Assembly (NCBI GenBank): GCA_951406725.2
Contig: OX597822.1
Span: 107,880,001 to 107,944,000, forward strand
DNA length: 64,000 bases
Origin: Octopus vulgaris
Taxonomy: Eukaryota
Direction: 5' to 3'
Below are positions 42,280 to 54,500 of the stretch, in pieces; position 1 is the first letter of the stretch; every line of letters begins with the position of its first letter. Position numbers and translations under genes: made by a program. The notes beneath the pieces were generated by a model. The model worked only from the letters and a program-made list of their open reading frames with translations. It did not search any database and was not told the DNA's origin.

Positions 42280-42667
42280 GTGGAAGCACTCCGTCGGTTA
42301 CGACGACGAGAGTTCCGGTTGATCCGAATCAACGGAACAGCCTGCTCGTGAAATTAACGTGTAAGTGGCTGAGCACTCCACAAACACGTGTACCCTTAAC
42401 GTAGTTCTCGGGGATATTCAGTGTGACACAGAGAGTGACAAGGCCGGCCCTTTGAAATACAGGTACAACAGAAACAGGAAGTAAGAGTGAGAGAAAGTTG
42501 TGGTGAAAGAGTACAGCAGGGATCACCACCATCCCCTGCCGGAACTTTGTTGAACTTTTAGGTGTTTTCGCTCAATAAACACTCACGACGCCCGGTCTGG
42601 GAATCGAAACCGAGATCCTATGACCGCGAGTCCGCTGCCCAAACCACTGGGCTATTGCGCCTCCACG
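42280..42667 (-). mobile_element. tRNA-derived SINE family C, full length with 9-bp TSD
   Basis: Head TGGAGGCGCAATAGCCCAGTGGTT...GGTTTCGATTCCC; cagtatgca at 42271-42279 and 42668-42676. Confidence 0.9.
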
Positions 42668-42700
42668 CAGTATGCAATAATTTATCATGGAAAGAATATA

Positions 42701-43297
42701 AACGCGGGCAAGGCATTATCGATAATTGTGTTCATTGAGAGTTTAGCCAAGCTATTAAATTCCAAATAAAGGAGAAGTGATGGTGATTAACAACTTCAGG
42801 ATTTTATTGAACTTTCTCCTAACAACTGATGATTATAGTAAACAAGGACACCAGATGTGGTAACACAGACAAAGATGTTAATAGAATGGATAATAAAGGA
42901 ATTGGGAAAACAGAGAATTATAAGTACCTAGCCAGCTAAATGAAGATATTGTGTGAGTCAAGAGTGGCAAATATTCCTCTGGTAAGTGGAACACTTGGCA
43001 AAACATCCCAACTCTTATCTAACGCGGGCAAGGCTTTATCCGATAAATGTGTTCGTTGAGAGTTTAGCCAAGCTATTAAATTCGAAGTAAAGGAGAAGTG
43101 ATAATGATTAAAAACTTCAAGATGTTTTTATTGGATTTTCTCCTAACAACTGATGATAATTGTAAACAAAGGACAGCAGATATGGTAGCAGAGATAAAAA
43201 TGTTGATAGAGTGGATAATAAAGGAATTGGGAAAACAGAGAAATATACGTTCCTAGCCAGGTAAATGAAGATATTGTGGGAGACAAGAGTGGTAAAT
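42701..43297 (+). repeat. Diverged direct repeat, period 320 bp, homologous to PLE terminal region
   Basis: aacgcgggcaaggc at 42701 and 43021; reverse-complement copy at ~44370-44670. Confidence 0.85.
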
Positions 43298-43464
43298 GTG
43301 ATATTTAAGGATATTTATATTGGACACGCATTGTCAGCCTGCGGAAAGTATCCTCCTCCGTTCTGCAAAAATTCCAAGATATATTGTTGACGTCTCACAA
43401 CCTCCTTATCACCCAACATCAGGACAATGTACTTAATAAATAGTAACAGCTTAATACTACTACA

Positions 43465-43494
43465 ACAACAATAACAACAACAACAACAACAACA

Positions 43495-43552
<58 letters not shown>

Positions 43553-43556
43553 TTAC

Positions 43557-43612
<56 letters not shown>
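43465..43612. repeat. CAA-CTA-TAA compound microsatellite
   Basis: Directly visible. Confidence 0.97.
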
Positions 43613-43613
<1 letters not shown>

Positions 43614-44070
43614 GATGGTTTCAGCAAATATTCTGCTCAATACAACAGAATTTGCTTGTTAGTTTCTTCACTTTAATCGGGTGAGCATGACCCTTAGTGG
43701 TTGGCGATATGCGCATCTCTGACCATGAGCAGGAGTAGTGGAGTAGCAACATAGCAATATATTCAAAGGACTTCTTTGGAGATTGAACAATTCAATTCTG
43801 GAAACCGTTGTCGTGTTCAACATCCTTAAACAACCCTCATTCAAAGATATCAGTGGCATGGGATACTCGAAGGAATTTCCCACTTGCAATGTTATTTACT
43901 GTTTATCTTGATATGAGATCCCCATGTTGCGCACACATGGTTAGGATGCATGGGCCTTGTGTACCCTTATCAGACGGGTAGTCATGATGGGTTTACTGGG
44001 CTTCGTATATTTATACCCCAGTATCACTTTGTTGGCATGCATTGCGCTCTCAATAATAATAATAATAACA
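43614..44070 (+). mobile_element. Non-coding interspersed repeat bounded by (TAA)n
   Basis: TAA tracts on both sides; 3' part recurs at 10018-10170. Confidence 0.6.
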
Positions 44071-44670
44071 AAAACAACAACCGCACTCTTTGTTCATTGT
44101 GCAAACATATGAGTCAAGTCAATTCCATTAGGAAACATAGAAATGTTATGTTTTACACGAAAAGTGGGATGTGTGGAGATCCGCATTTCGTGTACGCAGC
44201 ATAATGCACCAAACTCAACTTGATTTATGTAAGTTATACAACAGAATAATTAAACAAATAAATCAATAGGCACAGATATAACGCCAGGCGCAACAGCAAT
44301 AGTTTGACAGATATTAGTTCCGATGTTTTCCCAAGTGGGCCACTGACCAGTAGAACATTTACCAGTTTTTTCTCCAATAATACCTTCACTTGCCTGACTA
44401 TGTAGTTATATTTTTCTGTTTTCTCAATTTTTTTTATTATTCACTCTATTAACATTTTTGTCTCTGTTATCATATCTGGTGTCCTTGTTTACTATTATCA
44501 TCAGTTGTTAGGGGAAAATCCAATAAAAGTCCAACGGTTACTGAAATTTGTCGGAAGCATCTCTGCAGTGGTCACGCGAAGCCCCTTACGGAATTCCTAA
44601 TGAGAAGTGCGTGAGGACATCACTTCTCCTTTACTTTGAATTTTAACAGCTTGGCTAAAATCTCAAGTAA

Positions 44671-45093
44671 CACTCCGCCCGGTCTCTGAGAAGACACCTA
44701 GCAAAGAAACGAGCAAGGGACAGCAATCAATGCACACTAGCTAACTGCCCCATCCGCGACACAGATTTATGCCAACGAGTAAATGTTGCGTATAGAATAC
44801 ATTGTAACAAATGCAACAATATTTATGTGAGTAGCACAACAAGACCATTACACATTCACATCAAAGAGCATCTAAGCACGCGAACCTACTCCTTCAGAAA
44901 ACACCTAGACACACAGAGGACCACCGACAAAAACAAAGCAGTCACAATTGGGGGCGATGAAAGAAATTCAGGAAATTTAACAATTAGGAAGGCTATACTC
45001 ATAGACAGACTAGTGCCCCAAATGAAGAACAGGCTGCAAATTAGCATCACTATATTACTTAACAGCATCGACACTCTGCGCGCACAACGGTAA
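44671..45093 (+). pseudogene. Penelope-like element C-terminal GIY-YIG endonuclease
   Basis: Stop-free frame SARSLRRHLAKK...CTLANCPIRDTDLCQRVNVAYRIHCNKCNNIYVSSTTRPLHIHIKEHL...LTIRKAILIDRLVPQMKNR; motif Gly, Arg and Glu positions mutated. Confidence 0.85.
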
Positions 45094-45158
45094 AATGCTC
45101 ATGTAAAAAAGAAATGAACGTATAATACATAACTTGGGAGTAGTGTTGTAGATATACC

Positions 45159-45944
45159 TACTTCTTTACTACCTACAAGGGGCTAAACACAGAGCGGACA
45201 AACAAGGACAGACATAGGTATTAAGCCGATTACATCGACCCCAGTGCGTAACTGGTACTTAATTTATCGACCCCGAAAGGATGAAAGGCAAAGTCGACCT
45301 CGGCGGAATTTGAACTCAGAACGTAGCGGCGGACGAAATACCTATTTCTTTATTACCCACAAGGGGCTAAACACAGAGCGGACAAACAAGGACAGACATA
45401 GGTATTAAGTCGATTACATCGACCCCAGTGCGTAACTGGTACTTAATTTATCGACCCCGAAAGGATGAAAGGCAAAGTCGACCTCGGCGGAATTTGAACT
45501 CAGAACGTAGCGGCGGACGAAATACCTATTTCTTTACTACCCACAAGGGGCTAAACACAGAGCGGACAAACAAGGACAGACATAGGTATTAAGTCGATTA
45601 CATCGACCCCAGTGCGTAACTGGTACTTAATTTATCGACCCCGAAAGGATGAAAGGCAAAGTCGACCTCGGCGGAATTTGAACTCAGAACGTAGCGGCGG
45701 ACGAAATACCTATTTCTTTATTACCCACAAGGGGCTAAACACAGAGCGGACAAACAAGGACAGACATAGGTATTAAGTCGATTACATCGACCCCAGTGCG
45801 TAACTGGTACTTAATTTATCGACCCCGAAAGGATGAAAGGCAAAGTCGACCTCGGCGGAATTTGAACACACAACGTAACGCAGATTAAATACCGCTAAGC
45901 ATTTCGCCCGGCGTGCTAACTTTTCTGCCAGCTCGCCGCCTTTG
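45159..45944 (-). mobile_element. SINE family B tetramer (184-bp units, one head) inserted in the PLE
   Basis: gaaatacctat junctions at 45335, 45519, 45703; gatatacc at 45151-45158 and 45945-45952 (candidate TSD). Confidence 0.93.
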
Positions 45945-46146
45945 GATATACCAACAGACACGAGCTCGAGAGATTACTGCCCTCACGCAATTCTCATGAA
46001 GAATTCCAGAAGCGGCTTCGCGTGACCATTGCAGAGAGGCTTCCAACAAATTTCAGGAACCGTTGGAAAATCGATTATAATAGTGACTCCATTAATTCCT
46101 AGCAATATCTGAAGAAGGAATTTTTTTTATATTCCGAAATATTATA

Positions 46147-46378
46147 TTACTCTTTACTCTTTTACTCTTTTACTTGTTTCAGTCATTTGACTGCGGCCAT
46201 GCTGGAGCACCGCCTTTAGTCGAGCAAATCGATCCCGGGAACTATTTCTTTGTAAGCCCAGTACTTATTCTATCGGTCTCTTTTGCCGAACCGCTTAGTA
46301 ACGGGGACATAAACACACCAGCATCGGTTGTCAAGCAATGCTAGATGAACAAACACAGACACACAAACACACACACGG

Positions 46379-46414
<36 letters not shown>

Positions 46415-46562
46415 CGACGGGCTTCTTTTCAGTTTCCGTCTACCAAATCCACTCACAAGGCATTGGTGGGCCCGAGGCTATAGTAGAAGACACTTGCCCA
46501 AGGTGCCGCGCAGTGGGACTGAACCCGGAACCATGTGGTTGGTAAACAATCTACTTACCACA
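46147..46562 (-). mobile_element. SINE family A, head slightly truncated
   Basis: Colinear with 2656-3070. Confidence 0.92.
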
Positions 46563-46644
46563 AATATTTTATAACAGTTATTATAATCCACTCTGCATTG
46601 TTGTGCCATTCCATGCACGTTACATTACTCAAACAATAATAATC

Positions 46645-47010
46645 CTTTCTACTAAAAGCACTAGGCCTGAAATTTTGGGTAGAGGACTGGTCGATTACAT
46701 CGACGCTAGTTTTTCTCTGCTACTGTATTTAGCAACCCTGAACTGTGAAAGGCAAAGTCGAACTCGGCGGAATTTGAACTCAGAATGTACAGACAAACGA
46801 AATGCCTATTTCTTTACTACCCACAATGGGCTAAACACAGAGAGGACAAACAAGGACAGACAAACGGATTAAGTGGATTATATCGACTTAAGTACGTAGC
46901 TGGTACTTATTTAATCCTCCCCGAAAGGCAAAGTCGACCTCGGCAGGAATTTGAACTCAGAACAAAAAGCCGCTTAGCATTCGACCTGACGTGCTACCGA
47001 TTCTGCCAGC
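46645..47010 (-). mobile_element. SINE family B dimer with two different tails
   Basis: Two cores joined at gacaaacgaaatgcctatttc (~46798). Confidence 0.85.
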
Positions 47011-47410
47011 TAATAACAATAGTCGATTACTATAGATATTTTATGGGATTGAACGATATTTCGAAAGCTTACCTTTGTCGAGTTCAAAATAAAAAGTGAT
47101 ACATAGAAATTTAAAATTGAATGAGGGCAACATGTTGATAGAATGGCATAATCTATTTTCAATTTTCAAGTTTACAAATGGCAAAAAGAAAAAAGATGGA
47201 AAAAATTAGAAAAGAGCAAAAAAAGAAAAGGAAATTTAATCAAATAGTTTTGTGTAAATGTGAAATTCCCTTGTCATTTTATTCATCCATCTATATAATA
47301 ATATTAACTAGCTAGATCTGTGGAAATTTCACGGAAAATATAAAAAAAATTGAAGCATTTGTAAATTGTGTGCTGGTGTCATGTGAAATATTTCTGTGTT
47401 GTGACAGTTA

Positions 47411-47977
47411 AAGGCGGCGAGCTAGCAGAAACGTTAGCACGCCGGGCGAAATGCTTACCAGTATTTCGTCTGCCGTTACGTTCTGAGTTCAAATTCCACC
47501 GAGGTCGACTTTGCCTTTCAGCCTTTCGGGGTCGATTAAATAAGTACCAGTTACGCACTGGGTCGATGCAATCGACTTAATCCGTTTGTCTGTCCTTGTT
47601 TGTCCCCTTTGTGTGTAGCCCGTTGTGGGCGGTAAAGAAATAGGTATTTCGTCTGTCTTTAAGTTCTGAGTTCAAATTCCCTCCACAGGTTGACTTTACC
47701 TTTTATCCTTTCGGGGTCAATAAATTAAGTGTCATTTGCGTACTGGGGTCGATATAATCGAGTGCCTCCTCTCCAAATATTTCGGGCCTTGTGCCTAGAG
47801 TAGAAAAGTATGTCGTCTGTCTTTACGTTATGAGACCAAATTCTGCCGAGGTCGACTTTGCCTTTCATCCTTTGGGGGTTGACAAGTTACGTACCTGTTG
47901 CATACTGGGGTCGATGTAATCGAATGGCCTCCTCCACCCAACAAAAAAAATCAGGCCTTGTGCCTATAGTAGAAAAA
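47411..47977 (+). mobile_element. SINE family B trimer, head first
   Basis: aaggcggcgagctagcagaaacgttagc head; junction aaagaaataggtatttcgtc at 47634; two units end in ggccttgtgccta(g/t)agtagaaa. Confidence 0.9.
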
Positions 47978-47984
47978 GTATATT

Positions 47985-48720
47985 GCAACAGGATCACGAC
48001 CAGGGGCTGTGCAACATTGGCTCAAAATGAGGTAAATGAGCTATAGTTTCTGATGTTCTGTCTAAAGTTCATTCTTTCAATGACGGTATTCTCCAAATGT
48101 TTTAATTGGATAGGATATTCTTGTAGATTAGGCAAGGAAACCTTATGGCAACACTTAAATGCTTACTGCAGAAATCTACGTGCATGACACTGCGGGCTTC
48201 CTACGTCCTTCTCACCAATCGTAAATTGAGTATTTTGTTGTTCTTTTATTATATTCCGTTTTCTTGTTTGAGCTCTGTCATAAGATAATTCTGTGTTTCT
48301 TCTTCTTCCATATTTTCCCTTCTTTCTCGAACTCTCTCATATCTTGAAGGTAATTCCACCTTTCATCATCGTCCATATGTTCCCTTCATTCTTTAACTGT
48401 TTTTCTCATATTTTCTAAGTACAACTGCCTTTGTTCTTGACTCGTGAGTTCTCGATTCTGTTGATCTCTATCTCTCTTATTTTGAAAATACTTTTCTTTG
48501 GTTCTGATTCATTTGCTCTATCCTTTGTTGATTTCTTTCCCTCCTATGCCGTAGGATACGCTCCCTCTCTTCTTGGCTTATTTTGTTTCTTCTCTCTCTC
48601 ATCCTCGCGCGAGTTTGATTCCTTATTTCCTGGCGCTGTTCTTCGAGCAACCGTTCTTTCCTTCAACGCTGACGCTCTCGTGTTTCGTCCCTCATGCGAT
48701 TATCCATATTTTAAAACTTG
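47985..48720 (-). mobile_element. Decayed Helitron Rep/helicase ORF N-terminal region
   Basis: Minus strand R/E/Q-rich stretch then CHARRF...FKCCHKVSLPNLQEYP...NFRQNIRNYSSFTSF*ANVA, matching Helitron CC-x-KVxLP and FxxNIRxYN...FxS motifs. Confidence 0.75.
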
Positions 48721-51471
48721 TTATTAAGACAATAAATGTCCGAAATTATTCAGAGAATTTTAATTGAATAAAATATACGAATTTATTAGACTGTTTTTGT
48801 TTAATATGTGAACATTTTTCTGAAATCCTCACCTAATATGCAAGGACACAGTATATAGGCTACGGTAATTAATTATATTGTAGGAAATTAAAAAGTAAAA
48901 GGAAAAAAAGAATTCATATTTTTTACTTTGTTCGGCTCTATGAATTGAATTTTTTAAATGCTTTCGTCAATTGCTTGACACAAGAAAAATGAAATTGGAA
49001 AAATTCTGGCTAAAACGGAGAAATTCAAATTAAAAAATATAGAAAGTTGCGTTTATTTTTATCACGCGACACTTAACGCACAGACACACACATTCAAATA
49101 TGTGTGCGTGCGTCTTTTAGCTTTCTTTACTTATCAACAAATGAGCGAATCGAACAACTCTGTGTGCTTGTTCAATTTTCTAGAAACAACAAACAATTGT
49201 CTGCCATACTATATTTTTGCTAGTATTAAGGAAAGGGAAAAAAAAAAAACAGAATTAATATTTTTGAGTTTTGTTCGTCTCTGTAAATCTAATTTTTGTT
49301 TTAAATGCTTTCGTCCATCACTTGATACAAGATAAAATGAAATTGGAATAATCCTGACCAAAACAGAAATTGTAACTTAGCAAAAAATATAGAAAGAGGA
49401 AGAATAGTTTGTATTCGAAAACCAAAATATATATTTTTTAGCTGAGATGTAATTTTATAATTAAAACAAATTCAAAATTCAAATTTCGAAAACAAGCGAC
49501 TTACCATGTTTTCTGGTGTATGGACAAATTCAAATGGGTAGAAGACCTAAAATAAACGTATGTGTGTATGTATGTTGTGTGTGTATTAGTGTGTGTGTAT
49601 TAGTGTGTGTGTGTGTGTGTGCGTGTGTGTGTGTGTGCGTGTGTGTGTGTGTGTGTGTGCGTGTGTGTGTGTGTGTGTGGTTGGGCCTTTAATAGCCAGG
49701 GATCAATTTCAGTTCAACCGTAAAAAGGAATTCAAATAATCATCCACTTCAAAAGACAGTTTCATGCCTTCATCTCTCTCTCTTTCTCTCAGACTCTCTA
49801 TATTTCTCTCTGACTCTCTTTTCTCTCTCTCACTCTCTCTCTTTCTCTCTCACTTCCTCTCTCCCTTGCCCGACACCCGTGTCAAATTTAAGTTTCGCTA
49901 AGTTTATCTTTAAGATCGTTGCTGCTTCGGTGGCCCAGTAGGCATGGGTTATGAGAAGTAGCAATATAACACATTAACACATAAGTGGTGGCTTCAGATC
50001 TCTTTCAGAAATTACAAGAGATCTAGTTAAAATTTTTATTTAAGCAAGAAAATTCCTTTCAAAATTTCTTTCTTTTAAGCGTGACACACGCGTCAGGTAC
50101 GTACAAAAGCAAATTGGCATATTAAAGTTATTGATATTAATAATAATAACAATAATTCCTTGATATCTTGGAGTATGACAAAATGAGGGAGAGTGGGATT
50201 AGAGAAGGCTTTAGACGAGGATATCTTTAAAAAGCCATATTAAATATCGGAAGTAGACTCAATGGAAAACGAAAAACAAGATCAATTGTGACTTTGAAGA
50301 TACAACGCATGACTACCATTGGTAGTGGTTACTTATAATCACTTACAGTCAAGCTCTGAATTCTAATTTAGTAAGGATAGTTATTTCAATTTGGCAAATA
50401 AAATTACCGCTTATATAATCAGCGATTCGAAAGTATTTATCATATTGTAGCAGGCTATGGAGGCGCGGCTGAAAACGAATGTCAGTTAAGACATTAAAAT
50501 CTTTGTTCCAATTAACACCGGTATGTTTTCAGTAAATATGAATGCAATACTTGAAACATAGAGTAAACATGTGCCACGAAAGGCCCTGAATTAAAAGATC
50601 TCGAAATATACCAAAGCAGAAATGGCAGAAAGGCTTGAAGGCTTTGTATGAAAGTGATAGTCATAACAATTATCAGCGGAGTATTAGGTGCAACACATCA
50701 CCCAAATTATTCTATCGTCTCTCATTATTCTTTAACAGTGATTACATGGCCGTTCTTTAAAGAAAGAATGCATTTCTTCAAAACATTTGATTTGTATTCA
50801 TGTAGAATATATGGCTACTGTAGAGAAGAAAGCAAAAATATGTAAGAACATAGAATGTGCAATACGATATAATAATTTTTATAAGTTTTATTTAGAAAAT
50901 CTACATTAATTTTAGTAAATATTTGTATTTCAGTCCGGAAAAGTAATTACTTGCGTTGAACACAAATCTGCTTCTTTTATGACAGAGAGCATACCATGAA
51001 TTGAAATATAGCTTGCTTTTTCATTTTAAATAAATTCACGCAAGTGGCTCAAACGAAATGTAACATTTGAATTACATTTTTAGGTTGTAAACTATGTTAA
51101 TTTTAGGCTGAATCTTAACAGTGGATCGTTATTCAATTTGAGTGAATAAATCTTCCTTCTGAAAACCAAACCATATGGGCATTACCTGACAAATCCGGAA
51201 TGACATGAATGGATTTCCAAGTAAAGCTGTTCAATCGATTTCTCAAATCACATGGTAAAGTGGAAGGCTTAAGGAGCTACCGCAGGTACATGGATGTCAT
51301 TTTCTAAACGTTTTCAATGGAAATAGCATGATAGAATCGGAAGGAACCTCTGTCGCAGTTAACTGACAGCACAAAACAAAATATTCATGTTTCAAAACTT
51401 TATCGCTGTGGGTAACATAGAATATGTAAAAATTTAGAAAATGTAACAAATATAATAAGAATAATAGAAGG

Positions 51472-51519
<48 letters not shown>

Positions 51520-52059
51520 CAAAAAACAATTGTAGATTAGCTAAACTTAGAAATATGTCAAAAGAATGTCGATTGCAGAAAAAAAATTATTTGGCTACCT
51601 GACAAGAATGGCTAAGAAATTTAGGATCAGGATAAAATCTTAAGAATGAGAGATTTTGCAGGAACCGAAAATCAACCGAACCAGAATCAATGGGAAGCTG
51701 TCTATAATATACCAGTAATTGAGATCGCCAACTGTGAACTGAGATATTTACTCAAACATATGAAAAGATGTAACATGATCTTTACTGTGATTGAGAGAGG
51801 TGGATTTACAACCATATATCTTCCCAGAATTGATGCAAGAAATGTCGAGTAAATTACAATAAGGAGATATTAGGAAAAAAGATATAATATTCGAAATATA
51901 TACCATAAGGTAAAAGAGATTTCAAACATACCAGGCTCATAATTTTGCTCCCAATTTATTGCATCTAGTGACGCCCATACTTGCCAAAAGAGTGAAAATA
52001 CTTTGGGAAGTTTGTAGCTACTAAAACAGGTATAACCGAAGAACGATCTTTATCCTAAT

Positions 52060-52615
52060 GTCTTTGTATACATTATTAATCAACAGGTGACAGGATGCAT
52101 TGTCGTCTTGAAAAATCCCTTTTTCGCGCCCCACATAACCGGTCACTTTCGACGAATGCAGTCCCTCAAACGCTTAAAAACGTCCCGGTAGAAATCTCGA
52201 TTGAAAGTCAGTCCTTGAGGAACGAATTCCCGATGCAAGATACCGCAGATGTCGAAAAGCACGATGAGAATGCTCTTGATATAGGTGCAGCATTCTCATG
52301 CGTTTTGAAGTACCCGTCGCACTCGAAATATTGCATTCAACCTTTTGTCTCGTCGCCGTAGCCTTGCTCAATATGTTTTTAACGCAAAATTTCATGTTGA
52401 GCCTTTGTTCCAACTTACTGTCTATTACAAAAATCGCAGACTACAGTATACAAATGATCCCTAAAACACAAATTTTATAATTTACGAGGTAAACACAGCA
52501 ATGTCACGCGGCAAACTGACTCATGAAGGTCACTGCTAGCTCTCACGGTGCACGCAACTAAGTGCTGCCATCCGCTGGGCACGTTACAGAACAATACGGA
52601 TAACCTTTTGATACT
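52060..52615 (-). mobile_element. Mariner 5' remnant
   Basis: EQRLNMKFCVK start motif of mariner HTH; downstream sequence typical of decayed mariner; TA-rich flank. Confidence 0.7.
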
Positions 52616-52629
52616 CTATAAATAAATAA

Positions 52630-52693
<64 letters not shown>

Positions 52694-54426
52694 TTGCTGC
52701 CAAATAGAGTGGTAAGGAGAGGAGTACAACGATATCAACCAAAAGACCTAAAACTTGTCTTCAAACTAGGAGAAGAAATAAATAAAAATTAATAAAGCAA
52801 TGTACAACATATTCTAACTATGTGAGAATCTTCTTGATAAATGTGTCGCAAGCGAGACCTAATAAATGAAAATGAATAAGAATGAAACAATAAACGTATA
52901 AATATATTGAATTATGAGTTGATACCAAAACTGGTTACAGCGGAGCTGAACTAAATAAAACAAGATAAAAATTTATATGATAAATATATCTTGCCTATCG
53001 AAGGAAAAAATCAACTATGAAGGAAAATGTTTAAAGTAAATATCGAAAAAAACAGTTTAATGTTAGCTGTGTCCCTTGTTGAAACAAGCAAGAGTATGTT
53101 TCGAATTAAATCTACTTCGAAATAAACTTTGTAATTTGGAGAATGTAATTCCTGACAAATTATTAAGTTATCTTTAATAAAAAAAAAAATCTACCTCAAA
53201 AGAAATATCTTAAAGCAATGCATAGTAGCATGATTCTGAGCGCAATGATTGAGAGGAAAACAGAAAATGGGGAGATGAATGCTTTATATAATATTTAAGG
53301 AAATAAAGATATACGAAAGCGTATAAGAACAGATGATATAATTGATATGTCACTGCTACACAAAGTAGATGTATGTGGGATACAACAACACAATGGCATA
53401 GAGTCGTTGGACGGCAATCATATCGGAATGGTGACTTTTAGTAGTAATTATGGAAACGGGGACCGTCATCCAGATAGTAAAACTGTATCTTTAGCTGTTG
53501 TTCTGACATCTAGCAACATCAAGCGGAACACCAAAGAAACCTTGCAAGTGTATACATAGGCTTTACATCGACCACCGCTGATGAAAAAATATATAAAAGA
53601 GAAATAAACAGCGAATTGCAGTAATAAATATAATGAAGTTAAAGAAAATAATAATGAATATGGAAATCGTAAAATTAACGTCATAAATCTTTGAAAGTGA
53701 ATTAAAGAAATGTAGAGACCTTCTAAACGGAATAAAAGAAGTAACTCATTACAACAACTACACATCAACAATTACAATAACAACAGCAGAATAAACAAGA
53801 TAAAGTGTCTACTCTCATACATTTATATCAAAGTTAAACCTCAGAGCGAGAGCGCCACAAAGAGTAAAGTTTGGTCGTAATATATTAGGAAAATTGTCTG
53901 GGATAAAAGAGAACACTTAGAAAAACCAAATTTTTTTTTTCTTAAGTTGTATTTCCTCAAATAATAACGTAAATGATTAAATGCAAAGACTTCGATTTAT
54001 ATATGAAAAAATCTGTATTCGGTTTGATTCAAAAGCGAAAGGTGTGAGAATTAAGGTTCGTGCAAACTCGTTTATATATATTTTGTTTACAGGGGGAAGA
54101 GAAACCGTATATATATAAGAATTTCTCGCTTCTATTGAATTATTGCTAAACTAAAAAGGAACTACAATTTCAGAGAAGCTTTTTTTTTTTCAAGTTGCAA
54201 CAGAAAGAGTAAACCTTATAAAGGTGGTGAAAGATGAAGCTGGCGAAAGATGAAGCTGGAGAAAGAGATGCGTGTCATGTTGTAAAATAAACCTACCAAA
54301 ATACACTCGCCCCTTTTATCTACCGTTCTCTTTCTATTTCTTTGTATACCTGTCTATGCCTATATATATATATATATATAGGTATGCCTATATATATACA
54401 TATATATATATATATATAAAGGTATG

Positions 54427-54500
<74 letters not shown>

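Noticed and set aside
42590-42667. tRNA gene
   Set aside because: tRNA-like head is continuous with a SINE body and flanked by a TSD; no full acceptor stem
42824-42845. CTGATGA...taaac hammerhead candidate in the 320-bp repeats
   Set aside because: GTAAAC instead of GAAAC in all three copies; no stem I or III
45159-45944. CRISPR-like or hammerhead retrozyme reading of the 184-bp array
   Set aside because: Units are whole repeats without unique spacers; ggacgaaa is present but no CUGANGA core on that strand
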